Assembly (NCBI GenBank): GCA_964016885.1
Contig: OZ024740.1
Coordinates: 298,902,001-298,966,000, forward strand
Origin: Eledone cirrhosa
Taxonomy: Eukaryota
Direction: 5' to 3'
Length of the DNA stretch: 64,000 nt
The notes beneath the pieces were generated by a model that worked only from the letters and a program-made list of their open reading frames with translations, was not told the origin of the DNA and did no database searches. Made by a program: the position numbers and the translations under genes. Shown here piece by piece: positions 1 through 13,817 of this stretch; positions within the stretch are counted from its first letter, which is position 1; the number at the start of each line of letters is the position of its first letter.

Positions 1-2273
1 CACTCTCTTGAACTTGTAACATAATGTAATAATGTTTTGTGTGTGTGCGTGCTTGCATATTTCTTTTTTGATGTTAATTCTCTAATTACTTCCATCATAT
101 TTTGCTGTCAGGTTACTCAGAGATGTTCCCAAAAGACAACACTCCTCTATGTAGTGATGCCTTGTCATGCAGTTTTATTTATTTATTTATTGTGTTTTCT
201 ATTTTCTGTGTGAGAACTACTTACTGCCATTTGAATGTCACTAAAAGAAGAATTGAAACAAATCCAGATAGTTCTATAGTATTTCATCTTCACTTTTGAC
301 ATGTCACTTCACCTACAACTATCAATCCCATCCATGCTACTGCCTCTTCTTTGTAGGATTCAAAATGGTGATTGGTGGAAGGTTAATACTACACCAGTTT
401 CTGCTACTGCTATTATTTGTATCATTTGTAATGTGACATTCCCTTACTGTCAAATGTGCCTGCATACATGGCCAAACATTGCATTGTACAGTGTACAGTA
501 CAGTCCTAAAACAGACTGAATGTTCTTCATATTGTAGGTAAGAGTAGGTGTGAGAAACCTACAGATGGATGATTTGTTGTTAAACATTTTCTTGGCTACC
601 TCCTGTGCTGTTGATTTGTTTGAACAGACTTATCTGGGAGTACACAACAACACTAACTACAGCAACAGCAGATTGTTCACATGGCTACTCAATTTGCTGA
701 AAATAGTAGCCAAATTTCTTTTAAATTATACCCCACAATCTTAAAATAAGAACACATTCAATAAGTCTTGATATTCAGCGCTCGAATACCTTTGATCATA
801 AGTCAGTTTAATAAGCACTGATTTGGGAATAAACAGCAACAGCAATATGTCATGCTAATAGTGTACAGTTATGAAAATGTTCATCTTATTCAATATAGAG
901 TCCAAATCTTTTTAAAGAAAAACAACTCATTGCTGTCTTCAAAATGGAGTCCATTTAAAAAATTCCTTGAAATAAGTATGATGACTGAGTGTTGATTTGC
1001 AAACCAAATATTTTAGTGTATGCTAGTGAGCATATTGTATTACTATACAAGACAAAGTGTGGGGTGCATAACTGGATGTTAGGTGTACCAGAGTTAATGG
1101 AATGTGTTGTTAGAGAGTGACCCATTGACACACACTCTGTAAACCTGTCATATCAGGTATCTTTCAATTCAAGAGATGAGAGACAAATGAAGCCTATGAC
1201 TGGCAAAGTATCCAGGAGAGTCTTGTACCAGTCATGATCAAATACTTTCCTAATATCATGATCAAACACTTTCCAAGTGAAATGGCATTGGTTTTAACAA
1301 ATTTCTCAAGGCTTTGGGACTATTGGTAAGCAACACAAATATAAAGGTATCAAGTAGATCTGCAGAAGCTGTACTATTGTTAATCTCTGTAGAGAGAAAG
1401 AGAGAGGAGCTGGAATAGGTTATTTGTTTCTATCATCTTAAACCTGTTACATGTCACAAGAGTTGGTCAATATTGACAGGACTGGTGTATATGTGTATGT
1501 GGTGATGAGACTAATGGAGGGGAACAGAAAAGCTTGGGAAGAGTTTTGTTGCTTGTGTCTGTTGTAGAGTTCAATCTAAAGTGACCAGCAAACGTTGAGG
1601 CTCTCTCCTTTGAAGTGTTGCTTATGGTGCCATCTTGGCTGAGGAGCAGTGACTACAAAGATTTGTTGGTAGGAATTCTTTTGTTAAAGGACCAGAATGA
1701 CTGGCTGCAATTTTGGAGGCAGCAGTGCTTGTAAGCTATGTGATGTATGAAGATATATTTTGCTTTTCCTATTATATTTTTGTGGGATTCACAGTAGTGT
1801 GTACAAGCTACATATTAATGGAGGTGGGGGAAGTTTTTCAGGTGTTTTAAGTTATTATTTTCATCGGTACTGATGCAGCACACTTTGCATGTGAAATACT
1901 TAGGGGATTTGGATTATTAGCTTTAGTTGTGTAAGAGATATTATAGATCAAAGATTTTAGGTGCCTGCTTAGCGGCCTGTGATAGGTCATGTGTGCAGCA
2001 CAGTTGCTGCATGGGATTGTTAGTGCAGCACCGGCAGAGTTCTACCCATTTGACTTGATGTTTTATAGTATATGAATGTGTGGTAGGTAGCCTTAATTAG
2101 ACTGCCTATGGTGCAGAGAAGCTGATTGCTTTGTAAATATTAGGTGAGGGTAAGAGTCTGTGTGTCATTCAGGGATATGAGTTAGTTATTTTATTATGTC
2201 CATTTCCGCCTCATTTTGAAAATGTACATTTTAAAACAAAATTAAACAACTATGACTATGATGTGTGTATGTA

Positions 2274-2311
<38 letters not shown>

Positions 2312-2334
2312 AGTAAGAAACTCCTTTCTAGAAA

Positions 2335-2695
2335 TAATTTCTGGAAAGAAGTGGAAATGTGTGACATCCAAATGAGTATCCTCCACCTCTTGGTTCCAGC
2401 CAACAGGATGGAGAATACATTGCCCTTGAAGATGGCAAGAGAGACATACTGGAACAGCCACTCTATCTTGCAAGGGCTTGCATTTGTGGCCAGTCAACTC
2501 CACTCTGATAACAATGAGTTGGGAGTGGTCCAACACCAGAAGTCTGTGCAGCTACAGGCTCTACAATAAACCTATCAGAGAGCAGCCGATACTTGGACAG
2601 TTTGCCCTCTTTGGCCTTACAGGCAGCAGAGCCTGGGCTGGTAGCTGAACGCACCAGGTTGCCACTAGAGAAAGTGTCACAGCATGAAATTGTTA
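2335..2695. mobile_element. Degenerate CRE-like non-LTR retrotransposon fragments (restriction-like endonuclease region)
   Basis: Minus strand 2540-2690 reads CCDTFSSGNLVRSATSPGSAACKAKEGKLSKYRLLSDRFIVEPVAAQTSG, matching the D..AA..AE..K..KY..F.P.A.ETxG pattern. Confidence 0.55.
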
Positions 2696-3170
2696 CATAG
2701 CGTTTAGAATAAAGAATGATTCAGCTTCTACATTAGCAACATCAGCGTTTAGAGTGTGGGAAAAGCAAGAGGCATCATCAACATTAAAGTCACTGAGTAC
2801 AAACATTTCATTGAGGTTTGAAGTAGATATCATTGGTACAGAACAATAGACAGTTGATATTGTTTTGTGAAGAGTTATAGAGACAGCCATTAAATTTAGA
2901 GAAATGAAGATGGGGACATAAAAATGTGAATAGCTGGAAGTTTTTGTTGCTGATATTCTAGTGAGATACATACAACACTTTTCAGAGTGAGCTGAAATTT
3001 TGACACTAAAGGTTATGGTTTCATATCTTCTCATTGTATGGTATCTTCAGGCAAAATATATTCTGGTTTTTGTTTCAGCCTGTTTGATGATCAACAGTGC
3101 ATATAATTTCTCCTGCTTGATTAGTTGTAGGAAGAAAACCTATAATAAACAAATATGCAAATTTTATAAA

Positions 3171-3410
3171 CCTTTTTGCTACCACGTTTCTATGCATATG
3201 ATTTTCAAATAATTTTAAGAATAATCAATAATTTGGAAGGATTTAGTAACATAACCAACTTTCTTATATGAATTTGGTGTATTTAGCATAACTTAAAAGT
3301 TCTTACATAAAGTTATGATGGAAGTCTTTTGATAAATATAAGCACTTTAAAATAAACAATTTTCTATTGTAGAATCAGGGGTAGTTTCAATTTATTTGGT
3401 ACCAAAAATG
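3171..3410. mobile_element. Short TTAA-flanked non-autonomous DNA element (piggyBac-like), decayed; related copy at 5925-6156
   Basis: Ends ccttttt...aaaatg before TTAA. Internal sequence is shared with 5925-6156 (TTAA ctcttt...aaaggg TTAA). Confidence 0.4.
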
Positions 3411-3885
3411 TTAAATCATCCCACTTGTTTTGATATAATTATGTGTTTATGTCAGTAAATTGTTATTGTCAGTACAAACAACCTTATGTTGTCTCTTGAC
3501 TGTATGTAAATCACCCATTGGCTAGCAGTGCTAATTTCAACTGCTTCTCTGAGAATGGGGTATTGACATATCGGCTGTAACAGTTTTATTCATGCAAAAC
3601 ACTACTTACTACTCTACATGAAATGGGAATCTTCTGTGGTACCTCTAGAACCCAGTGAGTTATGAGACTCAGCACATAACATTCACATGTCTGAGAATTG
3701 ATGTAAAGCTCTGTCCCAGAGAAAATCAGTTGAAATAACCCTTGTAGGAAGGGCATCCAGCTGTAGAAACCAAGCCAAAAGAAATTCTGTATTAGAAAGA
3801 CATGGTCATCCAATCTGGCTTGTCACACAAAGGGGCAGCTTGTCTAACCCATGGGAAAATGGGCGTTAAATGGTGATGATGATGA

Positions 3886-4762
3886 TCTATATATATAAAA
3901 CTGAGGATCTGTGTGTGTGTGAGTTTGAATCCCTAAAACTCAAGAAGCACCCAACTGACTTTACACATGTAATACTTAGGTTTCAGGGAGTGTTCTGAGT
4001 AAAAAAAATTTCAAATTTTCAATGCCCTAGGGACTGCATTAAGCGATTTAGCGATCTCTCTCTATAATTCTTAGTCTTTCTCTTTTTAGATAGATACATA
4101 CATATAACATCGCGCCCTTATAATATCTGTCTGTATGTCTGACTGTCTGCATTACGTCACTTCCCTAAGGATGTCTGTCTGTGTGTGTGTATGTCTGTGA
4201 GTTTGAATCCCTAAAACTCGAGAAGTACCCAACCTACGTTTTTCAAACTTTACATGTGTATTACTTATGTTTCAGGGAGTGTTATGCACATAAAAAATTC
4301 AACTTTTTCATCCCCTAGGGCCCGCATTAGGTGAAAAACTGCGTTTTTTCAGGTTTTTAGGGGTTTTTTGAGGCGTTATGTCTGACTGATTTCCTTGAAA
4401 TTGTAACTATATATTAGTCAGTCTCTTCTTCATACCGTGAGAAAAGAAAATCCAACCTTTTTATGGCCTAGGGCCTGCATTAGGTGAAAAACTTCATTTT
4501 TTTCAGCTTTTTAGGGCGATTTTGCCGAAATTTCAAGGCATATTATGCACATAAAAAAAAAAAATTCATTTTCTTGATCCCCTAGGTGATCTGCATTTTT
4601 CCTGCTTCATCGAGGAAAATCTTAAAGATTATCCAGCCATCAGAGTATTCGGTTTATTTTCTTTACATATTGTCCAGGCATGCAGTTTTTCTATGATTAG
4701 GTCTGTTGGCGGCCAGCATTCCAAAATACCTTATCCCGGGCAATGCCGGGTACCACTGCTAG
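3886..4762 (+). mobile_element. Non-autonomous Helitron
   Basis: 5' TC (tctatatatataaa), subterminal hairpin cccgg-gcaatg-ccggg (4735-4750), 3' CTAG (4759-4762). Inserted between A and T of a (GAT)n tail with no TSD. Has internal tandem duplications. Confidence 0.85.
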
Positions 4763-7377
4763 TGATAAATAAATATGACTGATATTAACAATGCATTCTC
4801 AGTTAACATGTCATAATATTCATCTTAAAGTTCCCAGTACATATAGCTAAAAGTATCAATACATTTACAGTATCAATACATCTATCAGTTACACTACAAC
4901 TAAGAAATATTTCCATTCTATCTCCCACCATTCTGTTTTTCTGAGATTAACAATAATCAGTTGCAAGTTTTTCAACCTACATATTCAAAAAATAATTTTG
5001 TTTCTTTTTTTATTTTTATTTATTTCAAAAGACACTTATTCAACGTGACTGTTTGTATTTATTAATTTTATTTCTTCAGATTTCTCTGATTAAAATTTTA
5101 ATATATATATATATATTTATTGTTATATTTTTTAAAGTTTTATAATATGATTTAAACAGTTTGAGTTTTCAACTAAAAAATATTTTTGAAACCATTAAAA
5201 GAAAAAAAATGCCTATCTAAAATTTAAAAAAAATGTTATAGAGAAAATGTTACAGTTAATAATATATAATGAAAAAAATAAAAGAAAGCAGAAACTGATT
5301 TGAAATATTTTTCTTCCAAGTTTATAAACAATTTACATTTATTCATTTTTATTTTCTTTGCATGATTTACAAACAAATTTATTTCAAAATGATTCTCCTT
5401 TTCTGACTGTAGATTTAGTTGTTGAATGTAGATTTTTTTAAGTTGGAAACCATTGGTTGGATGTAATTAAATTTCATTTGATCTAATGTAAGTTCTGACT
5501 CAATAGTAAAGTGTCTCATTAGCAATTGTCAGGCTACTAATTTTCTTTCCGGTATTTATATCTTTTTGCCATCTATGTTAAATACACAGAAGTCAAATAT
5601 CAAATTTTACATTAAATTGCCTGTTGTGTGCATTTCATGTCAATTTTCACTTTATTGATGCTATAAAGTTGCAGCATTTAATATTATGTGTTTGAGCTAT
5701 GATTTTCTTAGCCATCTATTTTAGACTCATTACTATTTTGACAAGTACAGGAAGGTCATTTTTCATTGAGGAGCTATGAATATGACCAAAACTTGTCCTG
5801 AGTTGTCTTCAACACATGCTAAGAAATTGAAAAAAAAAATAGAAATAATATTAATCATAGCCTGATATCAATTTTTTTTAAAAATATTTATTTCTAATTA
5901 GAGTGTTAATACTTCATGCATTAACTCTTTCATGACTGCATTTTTAATGAAATACACTCAATTTCAATTAATTAATTAATAATTTTTAGAGATTTACTAA
6001 AATGATTAATTATTTCATTAATAAGATAGTAAATTAATGTAAGGTTCTTATAGAAAATTATATTGGAAGATTTTAATTTAAATTGGAAACTTTTAAAATG
6101 GGTGACATTATTTCATAGAACCAGAGCTGGTTTTGGCTAGGTTGGTAACTAAAGGGTTAAATATTTTAACATTAGTTTACCTATCGTTTTTCATGTTGAT
6201 CAGCTTGGTAATCAATCATTTTATCCATATACCTTGCATTTTGTTCATCAGGTCACTTATTAATTATATGCTCTATGTCATATGGTCACCAAGTTAACTC
6301 ACCATTCCTTTCACTGTTTTAATTTTGACCCATCCACTTACTGAACATTACAATTGTTTTTCAAAAGACACTAAAGCTGAAATGCTTAAGTGTGACAATG
6401 TATTGAACTACTGGTTGTATAATTCAAAAGTTCATACTGCAGGAATTTTATTATTTCATATAGATAGAACTTAATATTCTCTATTGCTTTGGTTCACTTA
6501 ACTGTTGAGAATATATGCTTGGCTTTTTTGAGAAAGCATTTGAAAGCCTTTAGCTATAAATATTAAAGATGGTGACTAGGACCACCTGCCTATTTTCAGC
6601 AGAAGCATGGGTGTGGACTAGGTGGGTGGTGCTGGTTACCACCTTTAAAATTCATAGTTAACGGCTTTCAAATGTTTATTTATAAACATATTGTATATTA
6701 TTCAATATACAAACCTTGCATACATCTATGTATACTGCTATGTTGGAGCAAACACCCTGATTCTATTTTTTGTGAGAGTTATCCACAAACAATTTGCAGC
6801 TATTCCAGTAGGAGATTTACCTCTGGTCTGCTTAATGCTGCATAAATGTGAATTAAGCAGTATAGATCACTGTGACACATGAATAAATTAATCTCTGGAA
6901 TATAATTAATACCTTTAGTAAGATATGAACTTATGACCTGGGAGTCAAGTAATTCATATGTTTAATAATTGAAATTTTCAACAATAGGATGATTTATTAA
7001 TTAGGTACAATCACATAGGCAAGAAGTGCCTTGTCCTAGGACACACACAACAGAATTTCTAGAGATAGATATTCATAATGTACGAGTCAATAAACCCATT
7101 ATGCAATCTACTCATTCATTGCACATCACAAATATTCATAATAGCAAACTAGAAACTTCCATACACTTACAGTCATTGTCAGAACTGATGCCTGCATCTT
7201 TACTTTCACCTGCCAGGAATAATAGCGGAAATCCATTTAGAAACGTAGAACATTGATTGTTTTCAGAATTCGTGTGACATCCCATTCCTGACATTTACCA
7301 TTTTAACTCTTTGAAACTTTGCTAAACCATTTTAATTCTCTCTCTTTCTTTCTATCTATCTATCTCTCTCACTCTTT

Positions 7378-7437
<60 letters not shown>

Positions 7438-7999
7438 TTTGCTCTCTCTTTTGCACCTACCACCAACAGCACTGTCACACATATTCAGAGCTTGATCATG
7501 TGATTTCTGTTGATTTGGAAATGGCTGACATATGAAGAGGCTTTTATAGATTATTTCAAACTGGTATCATGTTGAATAACACAATAGCAATAATGAAAAG
7601 AGGGAAATAAAGATAAAACATAATAAAAATACAACTAATAATGATAATAATAATAATAATACTAATAACAACAATAACAATGACAAAATGATAAAAAATA
7701 ATCCAATTTCTGAAGAATGTCAGAATATAGTTGTTTGAATGTATCTGGACATTGCGTTTGTTGTGTGTATGAATGACAGTCAAAATTGATGGCAACTGTT
7801 GTCTTTTGCTACATATGTTGTCTTAAATGGCAACTAACTGGATGTTGTTTAAAATTCTTCAGATGTCTTTCTGTAGCTGTAGCATCTTGGCTACTTTAGG
7901 ATTATCTTTGTTGATGTTACTTTACTTTAAACTCTGAGATCCATTATGAATCTTGGAAAATATTCAGCTCTACATTTATTAGTTTAATAATAATAATGA

Positions 8000-8455
8000 T
8001 AATGATTTCTACAATAGGCACAAGGCCAGCAATTTGGGGAGAGAGGAAATTTGATTAAATCGGCCCCAGTAAGTTACTGGTGCTTTATTTTATCAACCAC
8101 GTAAGGATGAAAGGGAAAACTAACCTTGGCAGGATTTGAAATCAGAACATAAAGCGCCGTAACTGTATGCATCAAAGCATGGTGTCCGATGCTCTACCAA
8201 TTATGCCAATCCACCAGCCTTAATAATAATAATACTGGTTTCTGATTTAGGCACAAGGCCAGCAATTCGTGGGGAGGGGAAAGTCAATGAAATCAACACC
8301 AGTGTGTGACTGGTACTGTATTTTATCGACCCAGTAAGGATGAAAGGGAAAGCTAACCTTGGTGGGATTTAAACTCATAATGTAAAGGGCTGTAACTCCA
8401 TGCTGCAAAGCATGGTGTTTGATGTTTTACCGATATTGCCAATCCATTGCCCTAT
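8000..8455 (-). mobile_element. Two tandem tRNA-derived SINE copies (family A, core gcctttcatccttacggggtcgataaa)
   Basis: B-box-like gagttcaaatcc on the minus strand, shared core and (TTA)n ends. Further copies at 9044-9230, 22870-23046, 24135-24340, 28425-28612, 59105-59185 and 62060-62600. Confidence 0.75.
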
Positions 8456-8465
8456 CATAATGAGC

Positions 8466-8950
8466 ACTAGAAGTCGATGAAAACTGTGGAGTGGGGAGAC
8501 CCAAGAAGACCTGGGATGAGGTGATAAAAGTGGACCTTACCCAATTACACCTCTCAAAGGCGATGACACATGACTGTGACCTCTGGCGTCATGCAGTAAT
8601 ACAGAAGACCCGGCCCCCCCACGGGTACAAGCCGAAGCTGAAGCATATAGACAATATGCCCCCACACCCTCCCACTGTAAAATTGTCGGTGAGGTGCCAC
8701 GGCAAAAAAGCACCCAGCCCACACTGTAAAGTGGATGTGTAGGCGCCACGGAAAAAAGCACCCAGCACTCATTGTAAATGAGGTTGGTGTTAGGAAGGGC
8801 ATCCAGCTGTAGAAATCAAGCCAGAATCAGTTCCCATATGAGCAAGGCATGATCAGCCGACGAGACACTGCCCACAACAGGACAACCCGTCTAACCCATG
8901 CTAGCGTGGAAGAACGGACATAAAATGGTGATGATGAGGATGATGATGAC
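8466..8950 (+). mobile_element. RTE LINE 3' end with modular 3' UTR and (GAT)n tail
   Basis: GRPKKTWDEVIKVDL...DLWR is the RTE C-terminal motif. Followed by ~49-bp modules, ggtgttaggaagggcatccagctgtag and a GAT tail. Confidence 0.8.
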
Positions 8951-9230
8951 AGTGAATTTATTTGCCCTAGGTTTCAGGAAGACACTTGGCATATATCAGA
9001 AACAATACTGAAGGAAAAGGAAAATTCATAACAATAATAATAATTGTTTCTACTTTTGGCACAAGGCCAGCAATTATCCAGTACGTTACTGGTACTTTAA
9101 TTTATCGACCCCCGTAAGGATGAAAGGCAAAGTTAACCTCGGCGGGATTTGAACTCAGATCGTAAGGGGACATAACTATGCTGGAAAGCATGTCCGACCC
9201 TCTACCGATACTGCCAATTCACCGCCCTTA

Positions 9231-9262
<32 letters not shown>

Positions 9263-9265
<3 letters not shown>

Positions 9266-9900
9266 AATCAATAAAGCGTACATAAAATATATAGAAGGTT
9301 CCAGCCGTCATTATTTGGATGTTTTGTAAATGGATCAAGTAGAGCACACTAACATGAAGGAGGTAATAAGTACTGAGTACTTCAGAAGTATTCAGATAAT
9401 TCTTAAGAGTAAACTAAATGGTAGAAAAATGCTTATAGCAATTAATGCAAGAACTGTTTCAGTGATAAGATAAGGATCTGGTATTATCGACTGGATGAAC
9501 ATAGAGCTCTAAGCAATCAGAAAATTATTGAACATACATGGTCCCCATCATCCAAGAGCATATGTGAACTGGCTGTACAATGGACAAATCCCTAATGTGC
9601 AGGGTGTGTGGAATGTTTGAGAAGACAGTGGCACACATTGTTACCAAATGCTTAATCTTGTGTAAAATGAATAAAAGAAATGGAGACATGAAGTAACCAA
9701 GATAATAGATTGGAAACTCTTCCAGAAGTGGGGATATGTGTGTGTGGCGATAAGTGGTACAACTATAAGTCAGAAAATGAAATTGAATCAGAAGATTATA
9801 ACATCTTACAGGACTTTGCTATACAGAGAGACAAGGTATTAGAACACAATATGTCAGACATAACGGTGGTGGACAAAAACAAAAATGTGAATATGTAATG
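9263..9900 (+). mobile_element. Highly degenerate R4/Dong-like non-LTR retrotransposon fragment
   Basis: Broken motifs EYFR..ILKSKLNG..AINAR, KTVAHIV..C and ENE..ILQDFAIQRDKVLEH..DI.VVDK. It directly follows a (TAA)n tract, the known Dong-type target. Confidence 0.55.
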
Positions 9901-10289
9901 CTTATTTGAGTTAAGAGTGAAGAAAAAATAGAGGAAAACAAAAAAAAAATGACTATCTATTAAAGTATGATCTCATAACAGGACCACCCAGTTCCACACT
10001 GTAAACATGGTTGGTGTTAGGAAGGGCATCCAGCTGTAAAAATACCAGCCAAAATACATTCCTGTCTGAGCAAGGTATGGCATAGCCAACTGGCCAGACT
10101 TGTCTCATGACGTGGAGGACTTGTCTAACCCATGCAAGCATGGAAAATGAATGTTTGATGATGATGATTATTATGATGATGATGAAACACACACACTTTC
10201 TCTCTCTCATATGAATATTTTTCTAGCACTTTGTGTGCTGAGTTCAAATCCGAGCATGGTCCCGTTTGCTATTCTTCAAGTAAAGGGTA

Positions 10290-10620
10290 AGGTTAAAGAC
10301 CCCCTTCGGTCATGAATGACCTTTGCATTTGCACCTAGAAAGTTTCCCTTATAGAGGCACAAGTCTGGGCAAGGCTAGTAGTTACCCATGCATACCAGTC
10401 TCCCCTCTCCCTGTTACCGATGTTGTCCAAGGGAAAAGCAAATGCCGATAGGGCTTAGCACCAGTGACACCACAACTCATTTCTACAGCTGAGTGAACTG
10501 GAACAACATGAAATGAAGTTTTTGCTCAAAACACAATGCAAAGACTGGTCCGAAAATCAAACTTACAACCTTGCGATTGTATGCCTGATGCTTAAACCAC
10601 TGAGCCATGCGCTTTCACTA
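10290..10620 (-). mobile_element. tRNA-derived SINE (family B, core gtgtccttgagcaagacactttatttcacattgctccagt)
   Basis: Minus strand begins gcgcatggctcagtggtttaagc (A-box-like) and contains the shared core. Other copies at 36270-36660, 39468-39770, 45145-45410 and 60705-61052. Confidence 0.7.
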
Positions 10621-10941
10621 TCATATTGGAATGATAGAATTGTCTCTTTCTTACATGAATAGTAAGCAAGTTATTGAAGAGAAAGGCATAACTGTTTAAA
10701 TTTCTAACCTCCCTAGTGGGAGATTTCGTTGACTAACTGCATAGATAATTCCTGTTAATCAAATTGTTTTCTGAGGAGGTCTAATAAGATGGAAGCATGT
10801 CTATTGCTTTCACCAGTTGGCTTTAGAGACAATTTGCGCTCCTATTTGCATTAGATTTATTTTCTAAGAATTGTGAATTATTTTACTAGAATTATTACAT
10901 TTGTTATTGTGTGCATGTGTACGGATTCAGTCTCTCCCTCT

Positions 10942-11017
<76 letters not shown>

Positions 11018-11024
<7 letters not shown>

Positions 11025-11435
11025 TAAAAGGAATTCCAACTTTGTCTGATTTACTCATTTTATTTACAATCCTTTAAAATTCATAATGGTATTAGAATGA
11101 AATAGTATGGTAGAATATTAAATGTTAAGTGTTAATTGAACAAGTACTTTCATGCTTTTGCAATCTTCAGGTTCATATTGTGTGGTGACAGTCAAGTTTG
11201 CAATTTTCAACTGCAAACTTGACTGTCACCACACAATATGAACCTGAAGATTGCAAAAGCATGAAAGTACTTGTTCAATTAACACTTAACATTTAATATT
11301 CTACCATACTATTTCATTCTAATACCATTATGAATTTTAAAGGATTGTAAATAAAACGAGTAAATTAGACAGTTGGAATTCCTTTTATTAATATAATCTT
11401 CTATACACAATCATACACACCCATGTATATTTATC
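11018..11435 (+). mobile_element. Penelope-derived hairpin mini-element: ~185-bp inverted arms, 9-nt loop, ~40-nt tail, in (TA)n
   Basis: 11018-11202 is the near-perfect reverse complement of 11212-11395. Each arm contains a hammerhead motif. Confidence 0.75.
11239..11277 (+). ncRNA. Minimal type I hammerhead ribozyme motif (mirror copy on minus strand at 11137-11175)
   Basis: tgaac CUGAAGA u-ugc-aaaa-gca-u GAAA GUAC UU|guuca. Stem I is tgaac/gttca, helix III is the palindrome AGUACU, predicted cut after 11272. Confidence 0.65.
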
Positions 11436-11746
11436 TATATATATATATATGGCTTGGAGTTATTTCCCTTTGTTGTAATACGCTTTTTCATAAACTAACA
11501 TTTTTAACATGATTTACTTTTAAACTCATATAAGCACCTGAAGATGGATCACAAATTTGAAACCTCTTGTATTCTAGAAGTATGTTAAATATTGGACCTT
11601 GAAACCTTGGGTAGTACTTTAGTTCCATGTGTGAACATAAATAAATAATATACTATTTCTCCTCTCTTTTTCCATTTCCCAACTACGGATATTGCTACAT
11701 ATACATGTGTGTCTATATATATATACATATACATACATGCATATAT

Positions 11747-11783
<37 letters not shown>

Positions 11784-12293
11784 AATTCATGTTAACACTA
11801 GTGACTTTGTAATAAGCTATTCTACAAAACCAATGTGTAATATTTGAGCTGTGGATATTATTAGGACATAGGTGTCTGGATGTCTGTCTCTCTCTCTCTC
11901 CTGTTTACATTGTCTAGCTGACTTCAATTGATCTTCAACAGAATAACTTGCCATTCATCATCTTCAAAATATCATTCTTCTTTTTCTTCTTCTCTTACTA
12001 CTGCTGGGGAACTTTCTACTTTGCCAAATATCTTCTGTTTCTCCTCTATGAATTAATACCTGTTTTCATTGTTGTCTGCACACAAAAGGAAACTATGACT
12101 GCACAGGTGCTTATAGATATGTATGTGTGTTTGTGTGTGGATACACATGCATATTCTTATATGTACATACACATTCCATTGGATACCTATCTATCTGTCT
12201 GCCTGCCTGCCTGTCTGTATGTCTGTCTGTTTATCTATCTGTCTATTACCTACCTATCTATCTATCTGTTTGTCTTGTCTGTCTCTGTCTGTC

Positions 12294-12371
<78 letters not shown>

Positions 12372-12375
<4 letters not shown>

Positions 12376-13224
12376 ATCCACACCGCCCCTTTCAATATAC
12401 AGTTATGTTGGTGCCACACCATCCAGGCCGAAACAAATGAGATCGTGTAGGTGTCACGACAAAAAAACACACAGTCCACGCTGTAAATGTGTCCGTGTAG
12501 GCAACACGGTAAAAACCTCCCAGCCCCACACTGTAAATGTGGTTGGTGTTAGGAAGGGCATCCAGCTGTAGAAAACCCGCCAGACAGTCCACGCTGTAAA
12601 TGTGTCCGTGTAGGCAACACGGTAAAAACCTCCCAGCCCCACACTGTAAATGTGGTTGGTGTTAGGAAGGGCATCCAGCTGTAGAAAACCCGCCAGACAG
12701 TCCACGCTGTAAATGTGTCCGTGTAGGCAACACGGTAAAAACCTCCCAGCCCCACACTGTAAATGTGGTTGGTGTTAGGAAGGGCATCCAGCTGTAGAAA
12801 ACCCGCCAGACAGTCCACGCTGTAATGTGGCCGTGTAGGCAACACGGTAAAAACCTCCCAGCCCCACACTGTAAATGTGGTTGGTGTTAGGAAGGGCATC
12901 CAGCTGTAGAAAACCCGCCAGACAGTCCACGCTGTAAATGTGTCCGTGTAGGCAACACGGTAAAAACCTCCCAGCCCCACACTGTAAATGTGGTTGGTGT
13001 TAGGAAGGGCATCCAGCTGTAGAAAACCCGCCAGACAGTCCACGCTGTAATGTGGCCGTGTAGGCAACACGGTAAAAACCTCCCAGCCCCACACTGTAAA
13101 TGTGGTTGGTGTTAGGAAGGGCATCCAACTGTAGAAAACCCGCCAGACAGTCCTCTGCGAGCAAGACAACCACTCTTGCCTCAAGTGGGAAAACCCCCGT
13201 CCAAACCCATGCAAGCGTGGAACA
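12372..13224 (+). mobile_element. RTE LINE 3' UTR containing six tandem 112-113-bp units
   Basis: Matches the 3' UTR of the copy at 37015-37643. Units start at 12471, 12584, 12697, 12810, 12922 and 13035 and end at 13146. Confidence 0.9.
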
Positions 13225-13817
13225 CTGTGTGTTTTTTTGTCGTGACACCTACACGATCTCATTTGTTTCGGCCTGGATGTTGTGGGACCAACATAACTTT
13301 ACATTGAGAGGGGCGGTGTGGGTGGGGTGGAGGTGGTGGGACGGGGGTGTGTTTTGATAGAGGTGCCTACTGACTGTAGTAGGTTTTTACTTTGTATTTA
13401 GGTAAGGCGGGTCTTCTCTATTACTGAGTACCGCCAAAGGTCTCGGTCCAGTGACATTGTCTTGGAGAGGTGTAAGCGTGTGAGGTCGGAATTTATCAGC
13501 TCGTCCCATGTTTTTCTGGGTCTGCCTACTCCGTGGCTACCGTCTATCTTTATTGCCCTGCACTTTGTTATACAGCTGTCGTCTTTCATGCGCATCACGT
13601 GACCATACCAACGTAGCCTTCTCTCGAGTAAACAACATCTGATCCCTCTTATTTCTAATTTTTTCCTTAGTTCGTTTATGCTTTGCCGTTCACGTATATT
13701 ACTATTGCACATCCAGCGGAGCATGCAAGCTTCGTTCCTCTCTAGTCTGCGTATATCCTCTGCACACAATGCCCAGGTCTCACTGCCATGCAGCATTGCT
13801 GTTCGTATGCAGGCATC

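Noticed and set aside
300-2200. Possible coding region or old LINE
   Set aside because: No sustained ORF or motif that I could identify with confidence.
11534-11575. Additional hammerheads (also near 27226, 54979 and 56123)
   Set aside because: CUGAAGA- and GAAA-like pieces are present, but stem I or helix III cannot be formed; at best these are decayed relics.
12471-13146. CRISPR-like regular array next to a reverse-transcriptase element
   Set aside because: Units are wholly repeated with no unique spacers, there are no cas genes, and the context is a eukaryotic LINE 3' UTR.
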